DNA of 64,000 nucleotides from an uncultured Chloroflexia bacterium (GTDB lineage Bacteria; Chloroflexota; Limnocylindria; Limnocylindrales; CSP1-4): assembly GCA_963720755.1 (NCBI GenBank), contig CAVRGP010000011.1, forward strand, positions 288,001 to 352,000, given 5' to 3'. The first letter of the stretch is position 1. Each line of letters opens with the position of its first letter. The translations under genes were made by a program, and so were the position numbers. Shown in pieces: positions 20,061 through 30,311 of this stretch. The notes below the pieces were generated by a model. That model was not told the DNA's origin and ran no database searches. It worked only from the letters and a program-made list of their open reading frames with translations.

Positions 20061-21995
20061 ATGCGACCATTCCTTCGCGCCCGCGGGGCTCGGGCACTCG
20101 CCGCTGCAGGCCTCGCCGTCGTCCTGGTGGCGCCGACCGCCGTGCCGGCCGCCGCGGCCGACCCCGTCATCCTTCGAGTCGGCACGACCCAGGATCTCGA
20201 TTCGCTCAATCCATATGCGACCCTGCTCGTGGTCGGCTACGAGGCCTTCCAGCTGAGCTACAACCTGCTGGTCGATTTCGGACCGAACCTGGAGCCCGTG
20301 CCCGGCTTCGCCGATTCGTGGGAACGCGCCGCCGACGGCAAATCCTGGACGTTCCACATTCGCGACGGCATGAAGTGGTCAGACGGCGAGCCCGCGACCT
20401 CGGCTGACGCGTGCTTCTCCTGGCAGCTCGCCCTCGACGCGATCAAGGACGGCGGCGTCGGCAGCCTGGGGGCCGGCTACCTCGACCCGGGTCTCGATGA
20501 CGCCAAGGTGACGAAGGTCGAATGCCCGGACGCCTCGACGATGATCGCCTACACCACCGACGCGTCGGATCGGATCCTCCAGACCTACCTTCCGATCATC
20601 CCGCAGCACATCTGGAAGGACGAGACGAGCGCGACGATCGGCGACGCGAAGTTCGATGCACCCCTCATCGGGACCGGCCCGTACCAGGCCGTCGAATGGC
20701 AGACCGGTCAGTTCGTCCGATTCGAGCGCAATCCGAATTACTGGGGCACCCAGGCCTATCCCGACCAGGTCGTGATCCAGGTCTTCAAGTCCAGCGACAC
20801 GATGATCCAGGCCCTCAAGGCCGGTGAGATCGACTACGCCCACGGAGCCAACGCCGACCAGTTCAACCAGTTGAAGTCGGAACCGAACATCGAGACCGTG
20901 GTCGGGGCCTCCAACGGCTGGACCCAACTCGCGTTCAACACGTACGGCACCGGGACGGGCAAGAAGATCAAGGGCGGTGGTCCGTCGACCCAGGCTTTGC
21001 TCGATCCGGCATTCCGAGGCGCCCTCATGGAGGGCGTCGACCACCAGACCCTCGTCGACAAGGTCCTCGGCGGGTACGGCGATGTCGGAACGACGATCGT
21101 CCCGCCGGTCCTGACCCAGTGGCATGTCGAGCCGACGAAGCTCCGTCCGTACGATCCGGAGGCCGCGAAGCAGATGCTCGATACCGCGGGCTACAAGCTC
21201 GACGCGAACGGCAACCGACTCGACAAGCAGGGCAAGCCGATCACGCTCCGGATGTACATGCCCAGCACGGACGAGAACTACGCCAAGGCCGCCCAGTTCG
21301 TGGTTGCCTGGTACAAGGATCTGGGCATCAAGACGACGACCCAGACCCTCGACTCGGCGACGCTCGGCGAGAAGATCCTCCCGCCGGAAGCCGGCGACGG
21401 GTACACCGCCGACTATGACATCGAGCTGTGGGGCTGGGCCGGCAACGTCGACCCCAATGCGCTCCTCCAGATCTTCACCTGTGACGCGATCGGCAGCTCA
21501 TCGGACAGCCAGTACTGCAACCCCGACTACGACAAGATGTATGCGGACCAGCTCGACGCCCAGACGTCCGACGCGCGCCACGCGATCCTGGCCGACATGC
21601 AGAACCTGATCTACGACGAGGCGCCGTACGACATCCTTTACTACGACTCGAACCTCGACGCCTATCGGACCGACCGCTTCGCGGGCTGGCAGAAGCAGCC
21701 GGTCACGAACGGGACGCCGATGTTCACGTACAGCACCCTCGACTACACCCGGCTGACCGACATCGCCCTCGCGGCGACCCCGGCTCCGACCGCAGCGTCG
21801 TCCGAGGCCGCCGCCGCTTCGGCAACGGCCGCACCGGCCGCGTCGGGCGATGGCACGACGGGCGGCTCGTCCACCTCGGACAACACCCCGTTGCTGATCG
21901 GGGTCGTCCTCCTCGTCATCGCGGCTGGCGTGGTCGCCTACGGGATGAGCCGACGGCGGAAGGCAACGGCGACCGGGGACGACGACGACGAGTAG
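20061..21995 (+). CDS. Peptide ABC transporter substrate-binding protein (family 5) with a C-terminal TM anchor
   Basis: AGGAGG RBS; signal peptide; WSDGEP, IGTGPY, RNPNYWG; C-terminal hydrophobic helix followed by RRRK. Confidence 0.93.
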   Translation: MRPFLRARGARALAAAGLAVVLVAPTAVPAAAADPVILRVGTTQDLDSLNPYATLLVVGYEAFQLSYNLLVDFGPNLEPVPGFADSWERAADGKSWTFHIRDGMKWSDGEPATSADACFSWQLALDAIKDGGVGSLGAGYLDPGLDDAKVTKVECPDASTMIAYTTDASDRILQTYLPIIPQHIWKDETSATIGDAKFDAPLIGTGPYQAVEWQTGQFVRFERNPNYWGTQAYPDQVVIQVFKSSDTMIQALKAGEIDYAHGANADQFNQLKSEPNIETVVGASNGWTQLAFNTYGTGTGKKIKGGGPSTQALLDPAFRGALMEGVDHQTLVDKVLGGYGDVGTTIVPPVLTQWHVEPTKLRPYDPEAAKQMLDTAGYKLDANGNRLDKQGKPITLRMYMPSTDENYAKAAQFVVAWYKDLGIKTTTQTLDSATLGEKILPPEAGDGYTADYDIELWGWAGNVDPNALLQIFTCDAIGSSSDSQYCNPDYDKMYADQLDAQTSDARHAILADMQNLIYDEAPYDILYYDSNLDAYRTDRFAGWQKQPVTNGTPMFTYSTLDYTRLTDIALAATPAPTAASSEAAAASATAAPAASGDGTTGGSSTSDNTPLLIGVVLLVIAAGVVAYGMSRRRKATATGDDDDE

Positions 21996-22014
21996 GTCCT
22001 GAGCCGAGGCTGCC

Positions 22015-22989
22015 ATGAGCGGCCGGTATGTCCTGAGGAAGACGGGGCAGGCGATCCTGACGATCTTCGCGATCGTCCTGCTCAACTTCCTCCTGTTCCG
22101 GATGATGCCGGGATCGCCCGAGCGCGTCCTGCTTCGGAATCCCTATCTGACCCAGGCCAAGATCGAGCAGGTCCGGAAGGAGTGGGGCCTGGACAAGCCG
22201 CTCATCCCGGACCAGTTCATCGGCTACATCAAGGCCACCGCAACCGGAGACCTCGGCTACTCGCTCAAGTTCCGTGGCCAATCGGTCGTCGAGGTCATCT
22301 CGGGCCGGTTCTGGCCGACCGTCATCCTGATCGGGCTTGCCGAGATCATCGCGATCATCGTCGGGCTGGCGGCGGGGTCGTACTCGGGATGGCGGCGCGG
22401 CAGCGGTGCTGACCGGGCCGCCAGCGGGACCAGCCTGATCCTGTACTCGATGCCGTACTTCGTGATCGGCATGCCGATGATCATCATCTTCGCCGCGACC
22501 CTTGGTTGGTTCCCGACATCCGGGATGCAGACCCCGGGGGCGAGTACCCAATCGTTCCTCTACCAGCTGACCGACTTCCTGCGTCACCTCGTGCTGCCCC
22601 TCGCCACGATCTCCCTCGGGTTGATCGGTGGCTACAGCATCATCATGCGGTCGGCGATCATCGAGACCCGTTCCGAGGACTACGTCACCACGGCGCGGGC
22701 GAAGGGCCTCAAGGACAGCCGGGTCCTCCGCCAGCACGCTTTTCCGAACGCGATGCTCCCGATGGTCACCATCATCGCAATCAATCTCGGGTATGTCGTC
22801 GCGGGCGCGATCACGGCCGAAGTCGTGTTCAACTGGCCTGGTCTCGGCACGCTGACCGTGGACGCGCTCGATGCCAGGGACTATCCGGTCCTGCAGGGCA
22901 TCTTCCTGCTCCTGTCGGTCACGGTCGTGGTGGCGAATCTCGGCGCGGACCTCCTGTACGGCCGGCTCGATCCGCGGGTACGTTCGTGA
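22015..22989 (+). CDS. Peptide ABC permease (DppB/OppB-like)
   Basis: GLDKP, GDLGYS, EAA loop DYVTTARAKG, RDYPVLQG. Confidence 0.95.
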   Translation: MSGRYVLRKTGQAILTIFAIVLLNFLLFRMMPGSPERVLLRNPYLTQAKIEQVRKEWGLDKPLIPDQFIGYIKATATGDLGYSLKFRGQSVVEVISGRFWPTVILIGLAEIIAIIVGLAAGSYSGWRRGSGADRAASGTSLILYSMPYFVIGMPMIIIFAATLGWFPTSGMQTPGASTQSFLYQLTDFLRHLVLPLATISLGLIGGYSIIMRSAIIETRSEDYVTTARAKGLKDSRVLRQHAFPNAMLPMVTIIAINLGYVVAGAITAEVVFNWPGLGTLTVDALDARDYPVLQGIFLLLSVTVVVANLGADLLYGRLDPRVRS

Positions 22990-23945
22990 CTGGCTCGGTC
23001 AAAACCGTTCCCAACGCGACGAGTCTTCGCGCCGAGCGATGGCGCCTGCGGGCCAAGGGCGCCAGGGAGTTCGTCGGCCGGTTCCGGCGCCGGAGCGATG
23101 GGGTGATCGGCCTGATCATCCTGACCATCTTCGTGTTGATGGCGGTCCTTCCCGAGTTGTTCGTCGGCCCGAAGGAGACGGTCATCACCGCCACCGGCGC
23201 GGCCCTTGAGCCGCCTTCTGCCGCCCATTTCTTCGGCACCGACGAACTCGGTCGCGACATCCTCAACCTGACCGTCCATGGCGCCCGGATCTCGATGTCG
23301 ATCGGCCTGATGGCGACGATCATCACGATCTTCTTCGGCGCCGTCATCGGGATCATGGCCGGGTTCCTCGGGTCCTGGACGGATAGTGCCCTGATGCGGG
23401 TGACCGACTTCTTCCTGGTCCTGCCGACGTTCGTGCTGGCCATCATCCTGGCGCCGGTCATCCTCGACATCATCGGGCCGGAAGCCGAGTTCATGGGCAT
23501 GCGGGCGACCCTGCTCGTGATCGTCGTGGTCGTGGGCATCACGTCGTGGGCGACGACGGCCCGGATCATCCGGTCCCAGACGTTATCGATCCGCGAGCGG
23601 ATGTTCGTGGATCGCGCCAGGGTCATCGGCAGTGGGTCCGGCCACATCATGCGCCGTCACATCTTCCCGAACGTCGTCAATCTCATCGTCGCTCAGGCAG
23701 TCATCACATTTGCCGCGGCAGTGTTCATCGAGACCAGCCTGGCGTTCATCGGACTGGGCGATCCGTTCGCACCGTCGTGGGGCCAGATCCTCGATTCGGC
23801 CCAGGCCGCCGGTGCTCCAGGGCTTGGGGCCTGGTGGTACATCGCCCCGCCGGCGACGTGCGTCGTCCTCGTCGTCCTGTCGTTCACGCTCGTCGGCAAC
23901 GCGCTCGACGATATCCTCAACCCGAAGACCCAGGTCCGACGATGA
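22986..23945 (+). CDS. Peptide ABC permease (DppC/OppC-like)
   Basis: HFFGTDELGRD, HIFPN; GTG start overlaps the upstream TGA. Confidence 0.95.
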   Translation: MTGSVKTVPNATSLRAERWRLRAKGAREFVGRFRRRSDGVIGLIILTIFVLMAVLPELFVGPKETVITATGAALEPPSAAHFFGTDELGRDILNLTVHGARISMSIGLMATIITIFFGAVIGIMAGFLGSWTDSALMRVTDFFLVLPTFVLAIILAPVILDIIGPEAEFMGMRATLLVIVVVVGITSWATTARIIRSQTLSIRERMFVDRARVIGSGSGHIMRRHIFPNVVNLIVAQAVITFAAAVFIETSLAFIGLGDPFAPSWGQILDSAQAAGAPGLGAWWYIAPPATCVVLVVLSFTLVGNALDDILNPKTQVRR

Positions 23946-25240
23946 CCGACCCTCGCGAGGAGCTGCGCCTCGCCCGTGACCTCGAGCGTCGCGATCGGTT
24001 CACTGATGACGCCGACGAGGACGGGACCGGGGAGCCGGGGGACGCCGTCACGGAGGGGCGTTCGGCGAGGGTGGACCGCCCGACCCCCGAGGAGATCGCG
24101 ACGATCCGCGGCCGACGCCAGTGGCCGCTGCCGAAGCAGGCGGACGCGGATGCGGCCCTCCTGACGGTCAAGGACCTGCGGACCCACTTCAAGCTCGAGT
24201 CGGGCTGGGTCAAGGCGGTCGATGGCGTGAGCTTCCGACTCGATGACGGCGAGGCGATGGGGCTGGCAGGGGAGTCTGGCTGCGGCAAGACGACCACGGC
24301 CCTGTCGCTCGTTCGGATCCTGCCCGACAACGCCCGGATCCGGAAGGGCAGCAGCATCGAGCTGTTCGGGATCGATCTGGTGCCCAAGACCGAGAACCAG
24401 CTTCGCCGCTACCGATGGCGCGAGATCAGTATCGTCTTCCAGGGGGCGATGAACGCACTCAATCCCGTCCGCCGGGTCGGCGAGCAGATCGCCGAGCCGA
24501 TCGAGATCCGACTCGGGGTGACCCAGGATCGGGCGGCTCGACAAGCCGAAGAGCTGCTCGACATGGTCGGGATACCGCGCAAGCGGGCGACCGCCTACCC
24601 GCATGAATTGTCGGGCGGGATGCGTCAGCGGGCGATGATCGCGATGGCACTCTCGTGCGACCCGGCGGTCGTCATCGGCGACGAACCGACGACCGCGCTC
24701 GACGTGATGGTCCAGGCGCAGATACTGCAATTGCTCGAACAGCTTCGACGCGACCTCGGTCTGTCGCTCATCCTCATCACCCACGACCTGTCGGTGATCG
24801 CGGAGACATGCGACCGGACGATGATCATGTATGCCGGCCGGATCGCGGAGGAGGGGCCGGTCAGCCGGGTGTTCACCGCTCCCCGGCATCCATATACGCA
24901 GCGCCTCCTTGGTGCGTTCCCGAGCATCCACGCGGACCGGCGCACGCTCGAGACGATCCCCGGGTCGCTGCCCGACCTTCGCGACCCGCCGACCGGCTGT
25001 CGATTCCACCCTCGATGTACCGCGGCCATGGACGTCTGCCGGGAGGTCGTCCCGCCCGAGGTCCTGTTCCCGGATGGGGTCCGGGTCGCCTGCCATCTCC
25101 ACCCGGCTGGGGCGGATGGTGGCGTCCTGATCAGTGCCGACGACGTCGTCGCGCGGCGGATGCCGGAGATCGACCGCTTCGCGCCGGATCACGCCTCGGC
25201 GCCGACCGCCGCCTCGGCCGGCGCAGGAGCCGACGCGTGA
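23942..25240 (+). CDS. Peptide ABC ATP-binding protein (DppD/OppD-like)
   Basis: GESGCGKT, LSGGMRQR, DEPT, HPYT, GCRFHPRC. Confidence 0.95.
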   Translation: MTDPREELRLARDLERRDRFTDDADEDGTGEPGDAVTEGRSARVDRPTPEEIATIRGRRQWPLPKQADADAALLTVKDLRTHFKLESGWVKAVDGVSFRLDDGEAMGLAGESGCGKTTTALSLVRILPDNARIRKGSSIELFGIDLVPKTENQLRRYRWREISIVFQGAMNALNPVRRVGEQIAEPIEIRLGVTQDRAARQAEELLDMVGIPRKRATAYPHELSGGMRQRAMIAMALSCDPAVVIGDEPTTALDVMVQAQILQLLEQLRRDLGLSLILITHDLSVIAETCDRTMIMYAGRIAEEGPVSRVFTAPRHPYTQRLLGAFPSIHADRRTLETIPGSLPDLRDPPTGCRFHPRCTAAMDVCREVVPPEVLFPDGVRVACHLHPAGADGGVLISADDVVARRMPEIDRFAPDHASAPTAASAGAGADA

Positions 25241-26313
25241 CCGAACTCATCCGGATCGACGGTCTCGAGGTCCACTTCCCGATCCGCGGCAGCCTGACCG
25301 ATACCCTCAGGGGTCGATCGCGTGGGGTCGTCCGCGCCGTCGATGGCGTCGACCTCGGGATCGAGCCCGGCGAAGTCCTGGGGCTCGTCGGCGAGTCCGG
25401 CTCGGGCAAGACGACGATCGGACGGGTCATCGTCAAACTGACCCGCCAGACAGCGGGCCGGATCACGTTCGACGGCCAGGACGTCTCGTCGCTCTGGGGT
25501 CCGAAGCAGCTGCGCGATTATCGCCGTCGGGTGCAGTTGATCTTCCAGGACCCGTACGAGACGCTCAACCCGCGCCAGACCATCCACGACTTCGTGGTCG
25601 AGCCGCTCGAAGTCAACGGCATGGAGCCGCGCCTCGCGGACCGCGAGAAGCGCGTGCTCGCAGCGCTCAATTCGGCGGGCCTGCCCGCCGACTTCGCGTT
25701 CCGCTACCCCCACGAGCTGTCCGGCGGCCAGCGCCAGCGGGTCGTCATCGCCGGAGCGCTCGTCATGGGTCCGCAGCTGGTGGTCGCCGACGAACCGGTG
25801 TCCATGCTCGATGTGTCGATCCGGACGGAGCTGTTGCGGCTGATGCTCGATCTGCGTCAGGAACGTGGGTTGACCTATCTGTTCATCACCCACGACCTGG
25901 CGCTTGCCTGGGTCATCGCCGATCGGATCGCGGTCATGTACCTCGGCAAGATCATGGAAGTCGGCCCGGCCCAGACGATCATCCGGACCCCGCGCAACCC
26001 GTATACCCAGGCTCTGGTGTCGGTCTCGCCATCCCCGGACCCGCCCGATGCCGGGACGCGCGCCAGGCGGACGATCCTCAAGGGCGAGACGCCCGACGCC
26101 GCCCACATCCCGACAGGCTGCCGGTTCCATCCCCGCTGCCCGGTCGCGTTCGACCGCTGCCGGGTGGAGGAACCGCCACTCTTCGAGCTCGGTGGAGGAC
26201 AGTCGGCGGCGTGCTGGCTGGTCGAGAAGGACCAGCTACCGATGCTCGCCGGAACGGCCGCGCCCCGTCAGGCTGACTCGGCCGTCGGCTCCGCCTCCGA
26301 GCCGTCGACCTGA
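25237..26313 (+). CDS. Peptide ABC ATP-binding protein (DppF/OppF-like)
   Basis: GESGSGKT, LSGGQRQR, DEPVSMLD. Confidence 0.95.
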   Translation: MTELIRIDGLEVHFPIRGSLTDTLRGRSRGVVRAVDGVDLGIEPGEVLGLVGESGSGKTTIGRVIVKLTRQTAGRITFDGQDVSSLWGPKQLRDYRRRVQLIFQDPYETLNPRQTIHDFVVEPLEVNGMEPRLADREKRVLAALNSAGLPADFAFRYPHELSGGQRQRVVIAGALVMGPQLVVADEPVSMLDVSIRTELLRLMLDLRQERGLTYLFITHDLALAWVIADRIAVMYLGKIMEVGPAQTIIRTPRNPYTQALVSVSPSPDPPDAGTRARRTILKGETPDAAHIPTGCRFHPRCPVAFDRCRVEEPPLFELGGGQSAACWLVEKDQLPMLAGTAAPRQADSAVGSASEPST

Positions 26314-26343
26314 TCCGACGGCTCGGGGCCCTGTACCTCTGGT

Positions 26344-27012
26344 CTAGGCGGACGCCGGTTCGTCGTCCGCGCCGGTCACCTTGTAGATCGCGTAGCCGAT
26401 GATCCCGCCGATGGTCGGCCCGACGAGGTAGATCCAGAGGTTGCTCAGGTCGCCGCCGACCACCGCGGATCCGATCGAGCGGGCCGGGTTGACCGACGAC
26501 CCGCTGGTCGTCGCGATCGCGAAGTGGATGCCGACGAGGGTGAGCGGGATAGCGATCGCCGCCAGTCCTGGTGCCTTCTTGGTGACGGTCAGGATGACCA
26601 CCAGGAAGATGGCCGTGAAGATGGTCTCGAGGATCAGGGCGCCGCTTTCGGACACCCCAGGGCCAGGTGCCGAGATGCCGGCGGCGACCGCCGACTGGCT
26701 GATGGCGACGAGGATCACGGCCGCCGCGCCGATCGCCCCGATGACCTGGGCGATGATGTAGGCGAGACCATCCGCGGGCGTCGTCCGCTTGTCGAGGATC
26801 ATCGCGATCGTGACCGCAGGGTTGTAGTGGCCGCCGGACAGGTGGCCGAAGGCGAAGATCGCGGCGAGCAGACCGAGCCCGAACCCGAACGGCACCACCA
26901 CCAGTCCGCTGATCGGCGGATCGGCCACACCGACGGCGCTGACCGACGCGTAACCGAGCATCATGAACAGGAACGTTCCGAGCAATTCGCCGAGATAGGC
27001 GCGGGTGTTCAT
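26344..27012 (-). CDS. Aquaporin (MIP family, AqpZ-like)
   Basis: Two NPA motifs: SGGHYNPAV and SVNPARS. Confidence 0.95.
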   Translation of the reverse strand: MNTRAYLGELLGTFLFMMLGYASVSAVGVADPPISGLVVVPFGFGLGLLAAIFAFGHLSGGHYNPAVTIAMILDKRTTPADGLAYIIAQVIGAIGAAAVILVAISQSAVAAGISAPGPGVSESGALILETIFTAIFLVVILTVTKKAPGLAAIAIPLTLVGIHFAIATTSGSSVNPARSIGSAVVGGDLSNLWIYLVGPTIGGIIGYAIYKVTGADDEPASA

Positions 27013-27677
27013 GTGACCTCCAAATCGGACCCGGAAGTGGGCCGGTCCACGATACCGAGATTCACCCGTGCGGCGCGAATCAGCATCGCGTCCCGGGACG
27101 CCCGGCAGAGGACCTCGATGAGTTCCAGGCGGTCGACGGCGTGACCTGGGTCGTCACCGACCGCATATGCCCCGTGGCGCTCGAGCAGGACGGCGTTTGC
27201 GAACGGCTCCGGTGGCTCGGTGAGGGCCGCAGCGATGCGCCTGGCCAGGCGCTGACTGCCCGGGATCTCCGTCGTCACGTACGGCAATCGAGGGAGCAGG
27301 AGTGCGGTCTCGGGCAGATCGGCAGGATCCGGGATCTCGCCGGCCATGGTGAGGCCCATCGAGGCGGGCAGGTGGGCATGGGCGACCGCTCCGAGCTCGG
27401 GTCGAGCAGCATGCACGGCCCGGTGGATGGCCAGGTCGGAGGTCGGCGGAAGACCCGACGGCGACCGGGCGTCCTCGTCCGGCCGACCGATCGAGACGAT
27501 GACGAGATCATCCGGCGAGAGCTCGTCCTTGCGCCTCCCGGTCGGGGTCACGAGCAGCCGGTCTGCGTCCAGGCGGACCGACAGATTGCCTTCGGCCGCC
27601 GAGATCAGGCCCCGCGCACCGAGGCGCCGCCCGGCCGCGAGGATCGAATCGATGGCTGCAGAGGCGTCCATCGGCAC
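27009..27677 (-). CDS. Class II aldolase/adducin family protein
   Basis: EGNLSVR, VTPTG, PTSDLAIH, AHAH, LLERHG. Confidence 0.9.
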   Translation of the reverse strand: MPMDASAAIDSILAAGRRLGARGLISAAEGNLSVRLDADRLLVTPTGRRKDELSPDDLVIVSIGRPDEDARSPSGLPPTSDLAIHRAVHAARPELGAVAHAHLPASMGLTMAGEIPDPADLPETALLLPRLPYVTTEIPGSQRLARRIAAALTEPPEPFANAVLLERHGAYAVGDDPGHAVDRLELIEVLCRASRDAMLIRAARVNLGIVDRPTSGSDLEVT

Positions 27678-27722
27678 ATCCTACGGTCGATCGGCCCGTC
27701 CGGGGCGTCCGTGGATGCGGGT

Positions 27723-27860
27723 TCAGGCGGCCCGGGCGATCTCGCGATCGTCCGGCGCCCAGGCGACATCCACCCGAACGGAGCACGTCGCGCACTCGAT
27801 CGTCTCATCGCCGTCGATGGTTGCCTCCGCGGCGCACCATGGGCACTCGACATGGATCAT
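27723..27860 (-). CDS. 45-aa zinc-ribbon microprotein (CPWC...CATC)
   Basis: Hand translation MIHVECPWCAAEATIDGDETIECATCSVRVDVAWAPDDREIARAA; GGGGAG RBS; fills the intergenic gap. Confidence 0.75.
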   Translation of the reverse strand: MIHVECPWCAAEATIDGDETIECATCSVRVDVAWAPDDREIARAA

Positions 27861-27920
27861 CTTGATGACTCCCCTGGATCGATCAGGAAGGACCGATGAC
27901 CGAAAGCATCGCGATGGCTT

Positions 27921-28847
27921 GTGACAGCTAGCGTGTCAACCCCGGCCTTCGAATTCCAGGCCGTGTCAAAGTCGTATGGCCGGACGACGGCGGTGACGGG
28001 GTTGACCCTGGCCGTCGGTCGAGGTGAACTGGTCGGACTTCTCGGGCCGAATGGCGCCGGCAAGACGACGGTGGTCAAGCTGCTCCTTGGACTGGTCCGG
28101 CCGACGAGTGGCACCGGGCGCGTCCTGGGTCGGCCACTTGGCGATCGCAGCGCCAGATCGCGGGTCGGCTATCTGCCCGAGATGTTCCGATACCAGCCGT
28201 GGATGAGTGCGCGCGAGGTGCTGCGTCTCCACGCCGAGCTCGCGGCGATCGAAACAGCCGACCGTCGCGCGGCGGTCGATGCGGCGCTCGTTCAGGTCGG
28301 GCTGGACGACCGAGCCGACGATCGTGTCGGGAGCTTCTCGAAGGGCATGCAGCAACGCCTGGGGCTGGCCGTGGCCCTGCTTGGCGATCCCGAGCTCATC
28401 CTGCTCGACGAACCGACCTCGGCCCTCGATCCGATGGGCCGAATGGACGTCCGCTCGATCGTCCGAGCGGCGGCGGATCGAGGGGCGACGGTCGTGCTCA
28501 ACTCGCACCTCCTGACCGAGGTGGAACGCGTGTGCGATCGGGTGATCATCCTCGACCGCGGGGCCGTCCTGGCGTCGGGTACGCTCGATGAGGTCGCACC
28601 TTCCGACGGGGTTCGTGTCCGGCTGGGTCCATCGGTGGCGCTGGCGTCGACCATCGCGGCCACGTTCGGGTCGGTGGCGATCGACGGCGAGTGGTTGACC
28701 GTTCGGCCCCTTCCTTCGGAACGGATCCCTGACCTCATCGCGGCGATCGTCGCGGCCGGGGGTCGGATCCAGGCGGTCGAACCCGGTCGCGCCTCGCTGG
28801 AGGCGCGGTTCCTCGCCCTCCTGACCGAGCGGTCCACCGACGCATGA
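27921..28847 (+). CDS. ABC-2 type exporter ATP-binding protein
   Basis: GPNGAGKTT, FSKGMQQR, LDEPTS. Confidence 0.93.
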   Translation: MTASVSTPAFEFQAVSKSYGRTTAVTGLTLAVGRGELVGLLGPNGAGKTTVVKLLLGLVRPTSGTGRVLGRPLGDRSARSRVGYLPEMFRYQPWMSAREVLRLHAELAAIETADRRAAVDAALVQVGLDDRADDRVGSFSKGMQQRLGLAVALLGDPELILLDEPTSALDPMGRMDVRSIVRAAADRGATVVLNSHLLTEVERVCDRVIILDRGAVLASGTLDEVAPSDGVRVRLGPSVALASTIAATFGSVAIDGEWLTVRPLPSERIPDLIAAIVAAGGRIQAVEPGRASLEARFLALLTERSTDA

Positions 28848-29695
28848 TCGTCATCGCCCGGCTGACGATCCAGGAGCTCGTCCGACGACGGATCATCTGG
28901 GTCCTGGCGATCCTGTCGATCGTGTCGGTCGCCCTCGTCGGATGGGGCCTGGACCGGCTCGTGTCGCTCGCGCGTCAAGACGGGACCGCCGAGCTGACGA
29001 TCCGGATCGGTGTGTCACAGATCCTGATCCTGGTGGCCTTCATGTTCAACTTCGTCCTGGCGATGACCGCCGCCTTCGTCGGCGCTCCGGCCATCGGTGG
29101 GGACCTCGAGAGCGGGGTCGCTTACGCGATCCTCGCCCGACCCCTCCGGCGCACGGGACTCCTGCTCGGTCGCTGGCTGGGCTCGGCCGTTGTCGTCGTC
29201 GGGTACGCCGTGGTCTCCGGCTTCCTGGCCATCGCCGTTGCCGCTTTCGTGTCCGGATATTGGCCGCCGGACCCGCCATTCGCTCTGGTGTTCCTGGCCG
29301 CCCAGGCGCTGGTCCTGCTGACCTTGACCCTGGCACTCGGATCGGTCCTGCCGTCGATCGCGGCGGGTGCGATCGCGGTCGTGGCGTTCGGTCTCGGCTG
29401 GATGGCAGGGGTGATGGCCGGGGTCGCGGCGGCGCTGGGTGTGACCGGACTGGCCACCGCCGTCACGATCAGCCACTGGATCCTGCCGAGCGATGGCCTG
29501 TGGCGCGGCGTCATCTACGGCCTGGAACCACCGCTCGTCATCCTCATCGCCGCCGGCCGCGCGCCCGATCTCGTCGAGGCCAACCCGTTCTACGCGGCCG
29601 AGCCACCGTCCCCGCTCTTCGTGGCCTGGTCGATCGTCTGGATCGCGCTCGTCATCGGGCTGTCATCGTGGTGGTTCGAACGGCGCGACCTGTAG
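28844..29695 (+). CDS. ABC-2 type exporter permease
   Basis: Multiple TM helices; DLESG...LARP; C-terminal FERRDL; ATGA overlap with the upstream gene. Confidence 0.88.
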   Translation: MIVIARLTIQELVRRRIIWVLAILSIVSVALVGWGLDRLVSLARQDGTAELTIRIGVSQILILVAFMFNFVLAMTAAFVGAPAIGGDLESGVAYAILARPLRRTGLLLGRWLGSAVVVVGYAVVSGFLAIAVAAFVSGYWPPDPPFALVFLAAQALVLLTLTLALGSVLPSIAAGAIAVVAFGLGWMAGVMAGVAAALGVTGLATAVTISHWILPSDGLWRGVIYGLEPPLVILIAAGRAPDLVEANPFYAAEPPSPLFVAWSIVWIALVIGLSSWWFERRDL

Positions 29696-30292
29696 TCCGC
29701 CGCCCGCGTCGACCCGGTACCGGAAGCATCCGGGCAGGTGGTCATCGACCAGGCCGATGCTCTGCATGAAGGCATAGACGGTCGTGGAACCGACGAACCG
29801 GAAGCCGCGCCGTCGGAGGTCGGCTGACAGGGCGTCCGATGCTGCGGTGGTGGCCGGCACATCGGTCTCGGTCGCGTTGGCCGCGAGGCGCCTCGGTGGC
29901 GGCGGGACACGGTCGGTCAGATACGCGCCGAACGAGCCGAATGCCGCGGCGACCGCCAGGAACGCCCGGGCGTTGCCGATCGTGGCGTCGATCTTGGCGC
30001 GATTCCGAACGATCCCGGCGTCGGCCATCAGCCGTGTTCTGGCGGTCTCGTCGAGCGCTGCGACGAGTCGCGGGTCGAAACCCCGGAACGCCGCCCGGAA
30101 GGCCGGTCGCTTGTGCAGGATCGTCGCCCAGGACAGACCGGCCTGGAAGGATTCGAGCGCCAGTCGTTCGAACAGATCGATCTCACCGTCGACGGGCGTG
30201 CCCCATTCGTCGTCGTGATAGGCGACCATCGCCACGTCCGGGATCGGACGATCGGCACCGGCCCAGGAGCACCGCGGGCGAGGATCGATCAC
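29663..30292 (-). CDS. tag: DNA-3-methyladenine glycosylase I
   Basis: RCSW, YHDDEWG, LESFQAGLSW, IVRNRAKI, GLVDDH..GC. Confidence 0.95.
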   Translation of the reverse strand: MIDPRPRCSWAGADRPIPDVAMVAYHDDEWGTPVDGEIDLFERLALESFQAGLSWATILHKRPAFRAAFRGFDPRLVAALDETARTRLMADAGIVRNRAKIDATIGNARAFLAVAAAFGSFGAYLTDRVPPPPRRLAANATETDVPATTAASDALSADLRRRGFRFVGSTTVYAFMQSIGLVDDHLPGCFRYRVDAGGGLQVAPFEPPR

Positions 30293-30311
30293 CTCCGAAC
30301 GTTCACCCTGG

